Positions 19,720-29,753 are shown, numbered from the stretch's first letter. The stretch is 42,936 nucleotides of DNA from Promethearchaeota archaeon (GCA_048938445.1 JBHLME010000023.1:1-42936), one strand, 5' to 3'. The notes: a model not told the origin generated them from the sequence alone. Numbers and translations: made by a program.

Positions 19720-20808
19720 ATGCATTTTAGTCTACAAAATGGATTTCAGTATGTTAAAAATTTCATTTTAAACAATTTTACCAATATTAAGGTTCCATAT
19801 TCTGCACAAATTGAACTAACATTACGATGTAATGGACGATGTTCATTCTGTTCGATTCATCGCTTACCAAAGTCATTCACCCAAGAAAATAACGAGATAT
19901 CCACTAAAGAAGTCAAAAAAATAATTTCTGAAATATCAGATATGGGCATTCTTGCATTATCCTTTACAGGTGGAGAACCAACTTTAAGAAAGGATTTACC
20001 AGAATTAATTTACCATGCTGGTATTAAACATGATTTCATTACAGGAGTTGCAACTAATGGATATCTCCTGCCAAAATTATTCAAAGAATATGATTTAGAG
20101 GGATTAGATTACATTTTAATGTCTTTAGATTACCCTTCTGCACCTTTGCATGATAAAATGCGAGGTTTGAAAGTATATGATAAAGTTATTCAATCTATTG
20201 AAATGGCTAACAAGAAGGATATTAAAGTCATTATTAGTACCGTTGTCATGAAAGATAATCTGAAATATCTCCATGAAATCTGTGAATTAGCTTTAAATTT
20301 AAATTGTTCTATTGAAATGTATCCTTGCGAAGATATTATACGTGATTTTCCAGATAAAAGCTATCAAGTTGAAAATCTAGATGAAATCATTCCAGATATC
20401 TCTAAATGGGCAAATATTATACGATCGTTAAGAAAAATGTATAAAAACATTTTAACAGACCCATTAAGTGTTGAAGTAATAGAAAAAGGTGGATTTGGAG
20501 GAATGCCTAAACATCATCAAAGTCTTTTAAGATGTCATGTCGCTGAAGCTTATTTGTTTGTAAGATACGATGGTCTTATTGATTATCCATGCAAAATTCA
20601 TCCAATAATTAGTCTGGATGCGCTAAAATACCCCATTTTTAAGATATATAATTCCAAAGAAGTGCGAGAAATAATGAAAAAACATGATGGATACGACTTT
20701 TGCAATAGATGTAGATTAGGATGTGCCATTACATCATCAATGCCTGCAAGATGGAAAACGGTATATGCAAAATATATAAAAGGATTCTTAGATGGAAATT
20801 TAAGTTAA
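19720..20808 (+). CDS. Radical SAM protein with SPASM/twitch-like domain
   Basis: CNGRCSFC, FTGGEPTL, ATNG, RCH...DGLIDYPC...CNRCRLGC. Confidence 0.9.
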   Translation: MHFSLQNGFQYVKNFILNNFTNIKVPYSAQIELTLRCNGRCSFCSIHRLPKSFTQENNEISTKEVKKIISEISDMGILALSFTGGEPTLRKDLPELIYHAGIKHDFITGVATNGYLLPKLFKEYDLEGLDYILMSLDYPSAPLHDKMRGLKVYDKVIQSIEMANKKDIKVIISTVVMKDNLKYLHEICELALNLNCSIEMYPCEDIIRDFPDKSYQVENLDEIIPDISKWANIIRSLRKMYKNILTDPLSVEVIEKGGFGGMPKHHQSLLRCHVAEAYLFVRYDGLIDYPCKIHPIISLDALKYPIFKIYNSKEVREIMKKHDGYDFCNRCRLGCAITSSMPARWKTVYAKYIKGFLDGNLS

Positions 20809-20874
20809 AATTTTTGAAAGAATTTAGAAAAAATTTAATTACTACAAAGATTTTCCTTTAATAGTTGAATTATT

Positions 20875-21516
20875 ATGTCAGATGAATTAATAGTAACACT
20901 TTTAATACTAGTAATAACCATTGCGATGATGATCGTAAGCATGGTTTTTAATAAATTTTGGGGCGTAAAAAGAGAATTTTTAGTTGAATTAAGAGAAAAA
21001 TTCTCTAATCTCCAAGAACGCATGAATAATGCTCAAATTTTGGGCGATGTACGCCAGATGAGGCAATTGCAGTTAGAAGCAAATCAAATATTAAAATCTA
21101 TGATGTATAAACAATATTTACCATTATGTTTAAGATGTTCACTTTTCCTTATAGTATTTGCAATACTTAGTTTTATTTTTTCTGGTTATGAATGGGGCCT
21201 CCTGCCTTTTAATATTCCTTTACTTGGTAGTGGATGGTTTGCTTTATACTTTTTATTTTCACTTGGATTTAGTTTACTAATTTTTGGAAGTAAATTGCTA
21301 TATAGAAAAGTTACTGGAAAAGGAAATAAGAAAGGGTCATCATTAAGACAAATAATAAACGAGCTTTCTTTAAAGTCATCAAATACTATGTCTGGTGGGG
21401 GGTCATTAACATTTGATGCCTCGGAATTTCAATCTTCACTTCAAAAAGATAATTATCTTCCTAGTAATGAGAATATAGACTCATCTGATGGATGGAAAGA
21501 TAAAATTCAAGATTAA
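20875..21516 (+). CDS. DUF106/EMC3/TMCO1-like (Oxa1 superfamily) membrane protein
   Basis: TM1, a coiled-coil hairpin (ELREKFSNLQ...GD...MRQLQ), TM2, then the GWFALYFLFS motif in TM3. Confidence 0.7.
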   Translation: MSDELIVTLLILVITIAMMIVSMVFNKFWGVKREFLVELREKFSNLQERMNNAQILGDVRQMRQLQLEANQILKSMMYKQYLPLCLRCSLFLIVFAILSFIFSGYEWGLLPFNIPLLGSGWFALYFLFSLGFSLLIFGSKLLYRKVTGKGNKKGSSLRQIINELSLKSSNTMSGGGSLTFDASEFQSSLQKDNYLPSNENIDSSDGWKDKIQD

Positions 21517-21527
21517 AGATAAAAGGT

Positions 21528-22061
21528 TTGATTGATATGGAAAATAATGATAATAATAACAAACAAAAAATAAATCTTTTTAAAGATAAAAAAGTTCAGA
21601 AGCAATTTTTACTTTATATCTCATTTGCCATATGCATGATAATCTTAAATTTAATAATCCAATCATTAAATGATATTATTGCTCCAATAATATGTGAAAA
21701 CTATGGATACGTGCAATTTATTTATATTTTTTATTGTAGTGACACACCTATCGATATGAGTAACTTTATCGGAACGCTCTTAGCTCTTGGTGTTACTGTT
21801 ATTGTTAAATTCTTATTAGATAAATTATTAGTTTTTAAAACTATGAAAAAAGTTAAAGAAACGTCTAGAGAGTTTACTATATACCTTTTTTTCTCTATAT
21901 TAGCTTCATTATGGAATATCGGATGCCAATTTATTCTATACCAAATAATTGGAATACCATGGATAATAAGTGCAATTATAGGATTAGGTACGGGATATCT
22001 CTTTCGGTTCTTTTTAGATCGTAAATATACATTCAAAAAATTTATAGTCTTTGAAGATTAA
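21528..22061 (+). CDS. GtrA-family 4-TM protein (start possibly ATG at 21537)
   Basis: Repeated KFLLDKLLVF and RFFLDRKYTF motifs typical of GtrA; four TM helices. Confidence 0.8.
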   Translation: MIDMENNDNNNKQKINLFKDKKVQKQFLLYISFAICMIILNLIIQSLNDIIAPIICENYGYVQFIYIFYCSDTPIDMSNFIGTLLALGVTVIVKFLLDKLLVFKTMKKVKETSREFTIYLFFSILASLWNIGCQFILYQIIGIPWIISAIIGLGTGYLFRFFLDRKYTFKKFIVFED

Positions 22062-22112
22062 ATGTATTATTTGGACTATTATATAGACTTTTAAATAAAA
22101 AAATTTAATAGA

Positions 22113-23354
22113 TTGAGATGTGATCTTAATTATATGCCCGATGAACATGAAGATGACGATAAATCAATCATTGATGCGCTTTCATCACTAGGTTGGCAAG
22201 AAGAGAGTGAAGAAATAGAAACTATTAGTGAAGAAAGCTCAGTAGTAGAGCAATATATTTTTTTAAAGAAACAATATAAAAAATTACAAAAAGATCTATC
22301 TGAAAAAGCTAGTCAAGTTGATAATCTAAATAGAGATCTTCAAGAAATCACTAACGAAAAACATGAAGCTATGCGTAGAATTGAAGAACAATCCGTGCAA
22401 ATTAATAATTTATTCCAAACAATTGAAGATAATAAAGATGAGACAAGTAAAATTGTCGAAGAAAAAAATAAAATAATTGAGGAATTAAGTCAAAATGTTC
22501 AAGACTTGACTCAAAATGCTCATGTTCAGGATACCCCGGATGCTTCTGTTGTTGAATTAAAGGAATTACTTAGCGATAAAGATCAAGAAATTGAGCAATT
22601 ATATTCCCAATTATATGAACAAAAGAAACAATTTGAAGAAACTAACTCTTTACATTCAGAACAGGAACATAAAATGAAAGAATTATCCTTACAGCTTGAA
22701 CATACCCTTTCACAACAAACTGAATTTTCAAACCAAATAACACTTAAAGATAATAGAATAAAAGAATTAATGGAACAGGTTCAATATCTCGAATCAGATA
22801 CGATTCAAAAATCTAAATATAATAAACTTGAATTATTGGTTGAAAAAAAGGATGAAATCATTACAGAGAAAGAAAAAAACATTTTTGAATTAAACAATAC
22901 TCTTAACTCCGCAAATCAAAAAATAAACAATTTACAACAACAAATAGAAACTTTTAATCTTGTTAAAAAAGATTTGGAGATAAAGGAGGGGAAAGTTCAA
23001 TCATTATTAAATGAATTAGAGCAGTTAAAACATGAAGTAGCTTCAAAGTCAGAAATTATTAAAACGCTTGAGGAAAAATTACGCGAATCACAAGATATAA
23101 TGACAAAATTTCAAGCAAATTCAGAACTCCTAAATCAAAAAGAGCAAGAATTAGATCAAGTAAAAAAGGATAATCAAGAAATTAAAGATAGATTTTTGGA
23201 AACTGAACAAATAGAGGATCGAATTTTATCTGATCTCCAGAAGGTTAAAGACCAAAATCTTATATTAGAATCTAAAATAGAAGAAAAGAATAATGAAATA
23301 ATTGAGTTAAAGAAAAAAATAAAATTATTACGTAGGGATTTGTTTAAACCTTAA
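22113..23354 (+). CDS. Long coiled-coil protein with acidic N-terminus (start probably ATG at 22134)
   Basis: About 350 aa of E/K/Q/L heptad-like sequence with almost no Gly or Pro. Confidence 0.8.
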   Translation: MRCDLNYMPDEHEDDDKSIIDALSSLGWQEESEEIETISEESSVVEQYIFLKKQYKKLQKDLSEKASQVDNLNRDLQEITNEKHEAMRRIEEQSVQINNLFQTIEDNKDETSKIVEEKNKIIEELSQNVQDLTQNAHVQDTPDASVVELKELLSDKDQEIEQLYSQLYEQKKQFEETNSLHSEQEHKMKELSLQLEHTLSQQTEFSNQITLKDNRIKELMEQVQYLESDTIQKSKYNKLELLVEKKDEIITEKEKNIFELNNTLNSANQKINNLQQQIETFNLVKKDLEIKEGKVQSLLNELEQLKHEVASKSEIIKTLEEKLRESQDIMTKFQANSELLNQKEQELDQVKKDNQEIKDRFLETEQIEDRILSDLQKVKDQNLILESKIEEKNNEIIELKKKIKLLRRDLFKP

Positions 23355-23417
23355 AAATCCAAGATAATAATAGAAATAATTAAAAAAATAGTATAATAAA
23401 AATTTAATTCTTAATTC

Positions 23418-24419
23418 TTATTTTTCACGCCATTCCTGGCCGCATTCTCCACATTTATACTTTTTTCCATACATCCTGGGATAATCCAATATGATATTCC
23501 CTTTATCTACGGATTCATGGATCATTGATTTATCTTCCATTCCACATTTAGGACATTTTCGTCTTCCTTCTGATTTTTCAATTGTTAAAATGCCATCTGT
23601 AGATCCAGGAATTCCTGGACCTGCTGCTGATGCACTTATTTCCTTTTTCATCTCTTCAGGTGAATAGTCTGTATCTGAAATTTCTACTTTATGTTCTTTT
23701 TCAACAGCAGCAGCCACTTTATCTGCTTCTGATTCTGGTTCTAATTCCGAATCTGCTGATAATTGAACTGCATCTGACTCCTTATAAAATTCTCCCTTGT
23801 CTAATGCTGCAAAAAATTCCGCATCATCTCCCTCTTCGCAAATCTGTTCGTTTTGTTCTCCCGCTCTATCCGCATCGATTTGTCTTGCCCATTGCCCGGC
23901 TTTTACTTTTTCTTTTACATTACAATTCGCACCTTGCCATACATATACATCAGTTCCCATGTCTAATACAAAGCAATCTTCAGAATCTAAAGAATCTTTA
24001 GAAAATGGAACTTGTATCATTTTCATGGTATTTATATCTTCAAATTCTTCTGAAGAAACTCTGTATAGAACATTAACGTGTTCTGTAAATCCTGCAAAAT
24101 CTCCCGTCATGACATCTTTTAACATTGTCTTGGCTATATTCTTTTCAACAATTTTCATTGCTCCCTTAGTAGAAACTAGTTTTAAAAATTCAGGAGTCTC
24201 TTGACCTTGATCAACAGTAATAATCTTTGCAGCACCACCACGTTCTTGATCCAATTTACGAGCTTGAGCAGCTCCTCCTGTCTTCTCATCCACGCTACAT
24301 TTACTTCCAATCCAGATGAAAATAGTATGTTCATCATCAATTAAATATACATCACCCGTGGAAAAGACAAGCTTGTTGATTTCCTTCAGTTCTCCTTGGT
24401 CAATTATATAGATTTTCAT
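23418..24419 (-). CDS. Two-domain gelsolin-family protein with acidic linker and C-terminal zinc ribbon
   Basis: Two gelsolin repeats (GDVYLID...IFIWIGSKCS..EK and LDSEDCFVLD...VYVWQGANCN..EK), then CPKC...CGEC. Confidence 0.9.
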   Translation of the reverse strand: MKIYIIDQGELKEINKLVFSTGDVYLIDDEHTIFIWIGSKCSVDEKTGGAAQARKLDQERGGAAKIITVDQGQETPEFLKLVSTKGAMKIVEKNIAKTMLKDVMTGDFAGFTEHVNVLYRVSSEEFEDINTMKMIQVPFSKDSLDSEDCFVLDMGTDVYVWQGANCNVKEKVKAGQWARQIDADRAGEQNEQICEEGDDAEFFAALDKGEFYKESDAVQLSADSELEPESEADKVAAAVEKEHKVEISDTDYSPEEMKKEISASAAGPGIPGSTDGILTIEKSEGRRKCPKCGMEDKSMIHESVDKGNIILDYPRMYGKKYKCGECGQEWREK

Positions 24420-24738
24420 AAATACACCAATTATATTTTTTTTTTCAAATTAAAAGTTATAAATATTATAAAATAAGGTGTATAAAAATGTTGTTAAAAG
24501 ATAGATCTAAAACATGATTATTAAAATAAAATAATTTTATGTAAATATATAGTAATCCTAATGTTGATTAAATTTATTGTCCTAAAATATCTTAAATTAA
24601 CTAAAAGTTCTAACTTGTAATTTAGATGAATCCATTTAAAGAATGAAAATAATTACATTACAATACATTTTTGTCTATGTTAAGTTATTATGAATGAATA
24701 TATAATATTTAATAAAATTAAATTTGGGTTGGTTGGTT

Positions 24739-26229
24739 TTATAGGTTATTAAAAATTATGGAATTTATTACAAAAAAGATAATTGCTATTATTGATATAT
24801 ATAAAAAAATCTTCTGATATGAATTATTTTCTTTCTTATATTCTAAGTCAAAATTTTTAATATGGATTAGAACAACTCCTAATATGAATCCTGCAAATGG
24901 AGTTAAATGCATTAATTCTCTTTGTATAGATGTTCCAAGTTGCCAAATAAGGTCATACGGTGTTATCAGATACACTAGTATGTATAGTAATAAATGAGAG
25001 ATCATTAATACAACGAGGAAAAAAAGTTTTTCATAATATATCGTTCTAATATTAATAATTATAACTGTAAAGAATAAGATCAAAAATGGAATCCATAAAA
25101 ACTGCAATAAAATAAAAGTGATTATATCTATCAATTTATTAATCGTGTTTTGAATTATGAAGATGTTTAAAATATTAGATAGATATGCTGAACCCACATT
25201 ATTAATAGAAATCAATACTAACCAGGGTACATAAATCATTAATCCTATACCAGCAAAAAGTATAATTAAAATTATCATCTCTTTAAATTTTATTTCTTTT
25301 TTTATACAGAATAAGATTTGATATAACACCAAAACGCCTACATTGACTATAAGTAAACCAAATCCTTCATTTTTTGAAAGTGCCATGAATCCCATAAAAA
25401 TTGAGGAATATATTAAAAATTGTTTTCTTCTTGAGAAAATATATTCACATAAAAAGATCGTACTAATAGTATAGTAAAATGCAACTAATAAATCGCCTCC
25501 TACAAAGTGAGATGCTGAGTAAATTTCATAAACCAAAGCAATCATTGATGATATTAACAAGGAATAAGTCCGGTTTAATTTGAAGTGTCTTAAAGAGTAA
25601 TAAAGGAAAATTATCATGCAAATAAATATTGTTACAAAAAATAATTGGATAAAATGATGGGGTTGGAAAAAAAGCGAATAGAACGAAGTTAGAACTAATG
25701 GAACTAAGGGAGGATAATCTGGATGAACAATAGTATAGTTTAAATAATTAAAATTTCCATCATAAAATAGATATCTAGCTTTAGCATCCCATATAACTGC
25801 CGAATCCCATATATAAACAGGATAAATTAAACTTGTAGATATTAAATAAAAAATTTCAATTATAATGATTATAATACTAAAATATTCTAATGTATTTAGT
25901 TTAAGCTTTGGTTTTCTTATGAGATTTAATATTTCTTTTATATCATTTTTGAATACTTTATAAATTTTAAAATAGATGAATAAAAATGAGGAGATGGCTA
26001 AAATGGGTATAAATGATATTCGTGAATGTAATCCAAACAATATGAAAATGAGCATGGAGAAACTCAATAATCCTACTCCTAATCCATAACTTAATGAAAA
26101 TCTTTTTAGAGGCGTAAATTCCTCGTTATTAGGAAGAAAATATAAAAAACTATACCCAATTAATAAGATAAGAATGTTAGTAATAATTGTTGCACATAAT
26201 ATCCACGATAATATAGAAATTTCCATCAT
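24739..26229 (-). CDS. Polytopic membrane protein, GT-C (ArnT/PMT-like) glycosyltransferase candidate
   Basis: 12 or more TM helices; periplasmic-type loop WDS...W..KA...HPDYPPLVP; KNEG motif. Confidence 0.65.
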   Translation of the reverse strand: MMEISILSWILCATIITNILILLIGYSFLYFLPNNEEFTPLKRFSLSYGLGVGLLSFSMLIFILFGLHSRISFIPILAISSFLFIYFKIYKVFKNDIKEILNLIRKPKLKLNTLEYFSIIIIIIEIFYLISTSLIYPVYIWDSAVIWDAKARYLFYDGNFNYLNYTIVHPDYPPLVPLVLTSFYSLFFQPHHFIQLFFVTIFICMIIFLYYSLRHFKLNRTYSLLISSMIALVYEIYSASHFVGGDLLVAFYYTISTIFLCEYIFSRRKQFLIYSSIFMGFMALSKNEGFGLLIVNVGVLVLYQILFCIKKEIKFKEMIILIILFAGIGLMIYVPWLVLISINNVGSAYLSNILNIFIIQNTINKLIDIITFILLQFLWIPFLILFFTVIIINIRTIYYEKLFFLVVLMISHLLLYILVYLITPYDLIWQLGTSIQRELMHLTPFAGFILGVVLIHIKNFDLEYKKENNSYQKIFLYISIIAIIFFVINSIIFNNL

Positions 26230-26732
26230 AATGCAGATCTATTTACTCCTAAAATGTAATTATTTGAATCTAATGAAATTTTAGTAAACAGCGTTTCATT
26301 TGTTGAAAGATGAAAGGGTATTTCAGAAACAACAATATATTCAATATATGTTACTCCCCCGTTTACATAATCAACATGAGGATTTTTTAAATAATTTAAT
26401 AATACTTGATCATCTGTCCCATTTTCATATTCAATGGTATATACAATTCGAAAGGGATAAAAAAAAGGTTGAGCAATGATATAAAATCCAAAATCAGTAA
26501 ATAAAATTGTTGAACCTGAATCTGTTTTTTCTTCAGTAAAACAAAGTAAATCATAATATTCTGGATGCAATACCTGCAATTTATCCCTATCTGACATTCC
26601 AATCAAAGAAAAATTTAGAGAACCAAAATAAAAAATTTGAAAACTTGATATCAGAATTGAAATTAATATTAACGTATAAACATAATATGTTTGCTTTTTA
26701 TTCATCTTTAAAGCCTTATTTAAATTGCACAA
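26226..26732 (-). CDS. Hypothetical protein with N-terminal TM anchor, coupled to the downstream gene
   Basis: ATGA stop/start overlap at 26226-26229; single hydrophobic helix; true start likely MNKKQ. Confidence 0.7.
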   Translation of the reverse strand: MCNLNKALKMNKKQTYYVYTLILISILISSFQIFYFGSLNFSLIGMSDRDKLQVLHPEYYDLLCFTEEKTDSGSTILFTDFGFYIIAQPFFYPFRIVYTIEYENGTDDQVLLNYLKNPHVDYVNGGVTYIEYIVVSEIPFHLSTNETLFTKISLDSNNYILGVNRSAL

Positions 26733-26759
26733 TTAAAATTGATTATTAAGAAAAAAAAA

Positions 26760-28139
26760 TTAATAATCATTAAGTGCTAATTTAATCCTATTTATAAATT
26801 CAGGTATTTGCTTGATATCAATAGAACAATAAGCAATTCTTATTCCATTTATACCATTTTCTAACTTCTGAATGGGAATTACACCTATTTTATATTTTTT
26901 TAACAAGTAATCTGCAAATTCTGACGCTTTTATTTTATCCGCATTTAAATTGAGAAAAAGAAAAAATCCACCAGCGTTAGGATCAACAGAGATGTCTTTA
27001 TTTTCTATTTTTGCAAGTTCTTCATTTATTAATTCATAGCGTTTTTTCAACATTCTTCTTACTTTTTCTCGAGCTTCAATAATTTTGTCCATTCCTTTTT
27101 CTGTGAACATTTTTTGTGTGACTGCTTGATAAAAATGATTAGTGTTTGAGATGGAACTTCGTATTAATCCTTCAAGTTTGTTGTTGATTTCATTTTTAAG
27201 AATTTCAAGTTCTTCATCAGAATCTACCCATTGACGTTTAAGTCCTAATGTAATGAATCCTACTCGACCACCATATGCAAGTAATTCTTTTGAAATGCCG
27301 TCTAATTTCACTGGAATGATATCTCCGTCTAACTCAAATATATCATAAAAAATCGATCGAGCCCATACATTATCATTGTAAATATAGGGTTCATAGGCGT
27401 CATCTACGATAATGATAAATGGTAATTTAATCATTTGTTGACTTTCTTTTAACACTTGAATAATCTGAGTGACTTCATCTTTTGTAGGGCAATAACCAGT
27501 TGGATTATTAGGAAAATTTAATATAATCACAATTTTTTCTTGTTCTTGAGCAACCTCTTGTATTGAGTCTTTTAAACCTTTAACATTGAAAATACCATCA
27601 ACAAAGAATTCAAATGATTTAATATTTATTCCAAGGTTTTTAGTAATAATATTGTCATAATTACCCCATCTTTTGTTAACTGAAATGATGAAATCGCCTG
27701 GATTGAGAAAAAATTTACATGAATTATAAATTCCATTTGTAATTCCTTGACAAACAATAGGTTTTGTTAGGGATTTTTCAAGCTTTTGAAGTTTTTCATT
27801 ATCAACTTGCTCATCATAATATGATTTTTTCAAAATCCATTTTATCCAAATTTCTCTAATATCATCAATTCCACCTATTGGAGCATATGGGACAACTGAT
27901 TTTATATTTAGACTGGAAAATTCTTTGAAATCTTCTAAATAACACGGAACCCAATCGTCTGATCCTCCATCGATGAAATCTTTTTCAAAAGCAAATGCGG
28001 AACCGATTGTTCCTATAATCTCTGCTTCTTTTTTCGCCCTTCCTGACCAGTAAAAGATACCATCTGGTAAGAATATTCTTTTTCCTAAGTCTGATAAAGC
28101 GTGATATATCGGAGTTTTATTTATTATTTTAAAATCCAT
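26760..28139 (-). CDS. PLP-dependent aminotransferase class I/II
   Basis: NFPNNPTG, DDAY, DGISKELLAYGGRVG (PLP lysine), IRIAY. Confidence 0.92.
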   Translation of the reverse strand: MDFKIINKTPIYHALSDLGKRIFLPDGIFYWSGRAKKEAEIIGTIGSAFAFEKDFIDGGSDDWVPCYLEDFKEFSSLNIKSVVPYAPIGGIDDIREIWIKWILKKSYYDEQVDNEKLQKLEKSLTKPIVCQGITNGIYNSCKFFLNPGDFIISVNKRWGNYDNIITKNLGINIKSFEFFVDGIFNVKGLKDSIQEVAQEQEKIVIILNFPNNPTGYCPTKDEVTQIIQVLKESQQMIKLPFIIIVDDAYEPYIYNDNVWARSIFYDIFELDGDIIPVKLDGISKELLAYGGRVGFITLGLKRQWVDSDEELEILKNEINNKLEGLIRSSISNTNHFYQAVTQKMFTEKGMDKIIEAREKVRRMLKKRYELINEELAKIENKDISVDPNAGGFFLFLNLNADKIKASEFADYLLKKYKIGVIPIQKLENGINGIRIAYCSIDIKQIPEFINRIKLALNDY

Positions 28140-28366
28140 TTTCTATTAGTTTTATATTATATTTAATGAAAAAATATACAAAGTGATTAAAAAAGTTTAT
28201 TATGCTGAACATTAAAAATTATTCTTTCTCTTTTTTTGAACAAAATTATAAGAATTATAAAATTAGTTTTTAACTTTTATTGCAAAAATGAATAGTTTTC
28301 ATACTTGGAATTATAATGAAATTTTAAAGATAGGTACATTTATTGAATTTATAATTATAAAAAAAA

Positions 28367-28843
28367 ATGAATGTCATGAGTAATAATAATTCAAATAAAC
28401 CTGAAGAAGAGAAAAAAGAAACTCTTTTTCCAAAAAACTGGAAAGAATTTTCAACAGGAATTCAAGATGGGTTTTATAAATTTCAAAATTCATTACAAGA
28501 GCAAGCAAAAATAAATCAAGAAGTTTGGAATAAATCTAAGGAAAAAGCTTCTGAATTATTGAGGAAGTCGAAAGAAAAATTTGATGCACAATTGGTCAAA
28601 TGGAGTAATGACATGAAAAAAATGCAAGACGAAACAAAAGAACAATGGGACGCTAGAACCAATAAAATTAAACAAGATATTGAACAATTTCAACAAAAAT
28701 CTCGTGATGAATTTTCAAAAGGAATGAAATCTATTACACGTGGATTTTATAAATGGTATTTTATCTTTTTATTAATGTTGATCCCTATATTAATTATCGT
28801 AGTAGTTGTAGTCGTATTAATTTCACAATTGATCCCTTCTTAA
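28367..28843 (+). CDS. Tail-anchored amphipathic helical protein
   Basis: About 105-aa charged helix with 11-residue hydrophobic periodicity and a single C-terminal TM helix. Confidence 0.75.
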   Translation: MNVMSNNNSNKPEEEKKETLFPKNWKEFSTGIQDGFYKFQNSLQEQAKINQEVWNKSKEKASELLRKSKEKFDAQLVKWSNDMKKMQDETKEQWDARTNKIKQDIEQFQQKSRDEFSKGMKSITRGFYKWYFIFLLMLIPILIIVVVVVVLISQLIPS

Positions 28844-28888
28844 AATGAGATTATTGATTTTATTGAATAATTTAAAGAGATAAAAAAT

Positions 28889-29680
28889 ATGCGAACTTTT
28901 CCTTCAGATAATAAAAAAATTGTTATTAAAATAAGTACTCAATTAATAACTGATGGTGTTGCGGAAATATATTATGATAGAATTAAAACTCTAGTAAAAG
29001 AAATTGCTGATTTAATTCATCAAGGTCATTCAATAATTTTAGTTAGTAGTGGCGCTATAGGATGTGGATTAGCGAAACTTGGATTAAATAAACGACCAAA
29101 AGACTATAAAAAACTTCAAGCAGTAGCAGCTGTAGGACAAATAATGCTAATGAGCATGTATCAAGAAGAATTCAACAAGTATGGCTTAAATATAGGCCAA
29201 ATTCTGCTTACTGCAGATGATACTAAAGATGCTACACGGAGAGCAAATGTTAGAAATACATTGGAGGTTCTTTTAGAAAAAGGGATTGTACCGATTATTA
29301 ACGAAAATGATTCAGTAGCAATTGAAGAACTCCGCCATGGGGATAATGACACTCTTTCAGCACTAGTTTCGATTTTATTGTTTGTAGATCTATTGATAAT
29401 TCTCACTGATGTGGATGGATTATGTGATAAAAATCCACATCTTTACCCTGATAGTAAGGTTATTTCTCAAGTTAATACAATAGATAAAAAAATTGATAAA
29501 TTAGTTGAAGATATTGATGGAAAAATAACGTTTGGAGGCATGAAATGTAAAATTAATGCAATTAAGAAATTAGTTCCAATAGGAATTTCCGCAATAATTA
29601 CTTCTTTTAAAAAGGAAAAACTTCTTGAAAGGTTATTAAAAGGAGAAGAATTAGGGACTTATTTTATTGCTCAAAGATAA
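28889..29680 (+). CDS. proB: Glutamate 5-kinase (no PUA domain)
   Basis: VSSGAIGCG, QAVAAVGQ, VPIINENDSV, GDNDTLSA, LTDVDGL, GGMKCKI. Confidence 0.95.
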   Translation: MRTFPSDNKKIVIKISTQLITDGVAEIYYDRIKTLVKEIADLIHQGHSIILVSSGAIGCGLAKLGLNKRPKDYKKLQAVAAVGQIMLMSMYQEEFNKYGLNIGQILLTADDTKDATRRANVRNTLEVLLEKGIVPIINENDSVAIEELRHGDNDTLSALVSILLFVDLLIILTDVDGLCDKNPHLYPDSKVISQVNTIDKKIDKLVEDIDGKITFGGMKCKINAIKKLVPIGISAIITSFKKEKLLERLLKGEELGTYFIAQR

Positions 29681-29753
29681 ACAGAAAAAAAAGTTTTAAG
29701 ATAAATATTATAAATTTTTATCATCATTGACTTATTTAATTCATCTTAGTATA

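Noticed and set aside
22113-23354. SMC/Rad50 annotation for the coiled-coil protein
   Set aside because: No Walker A/B, signature, hinge or hook motif.
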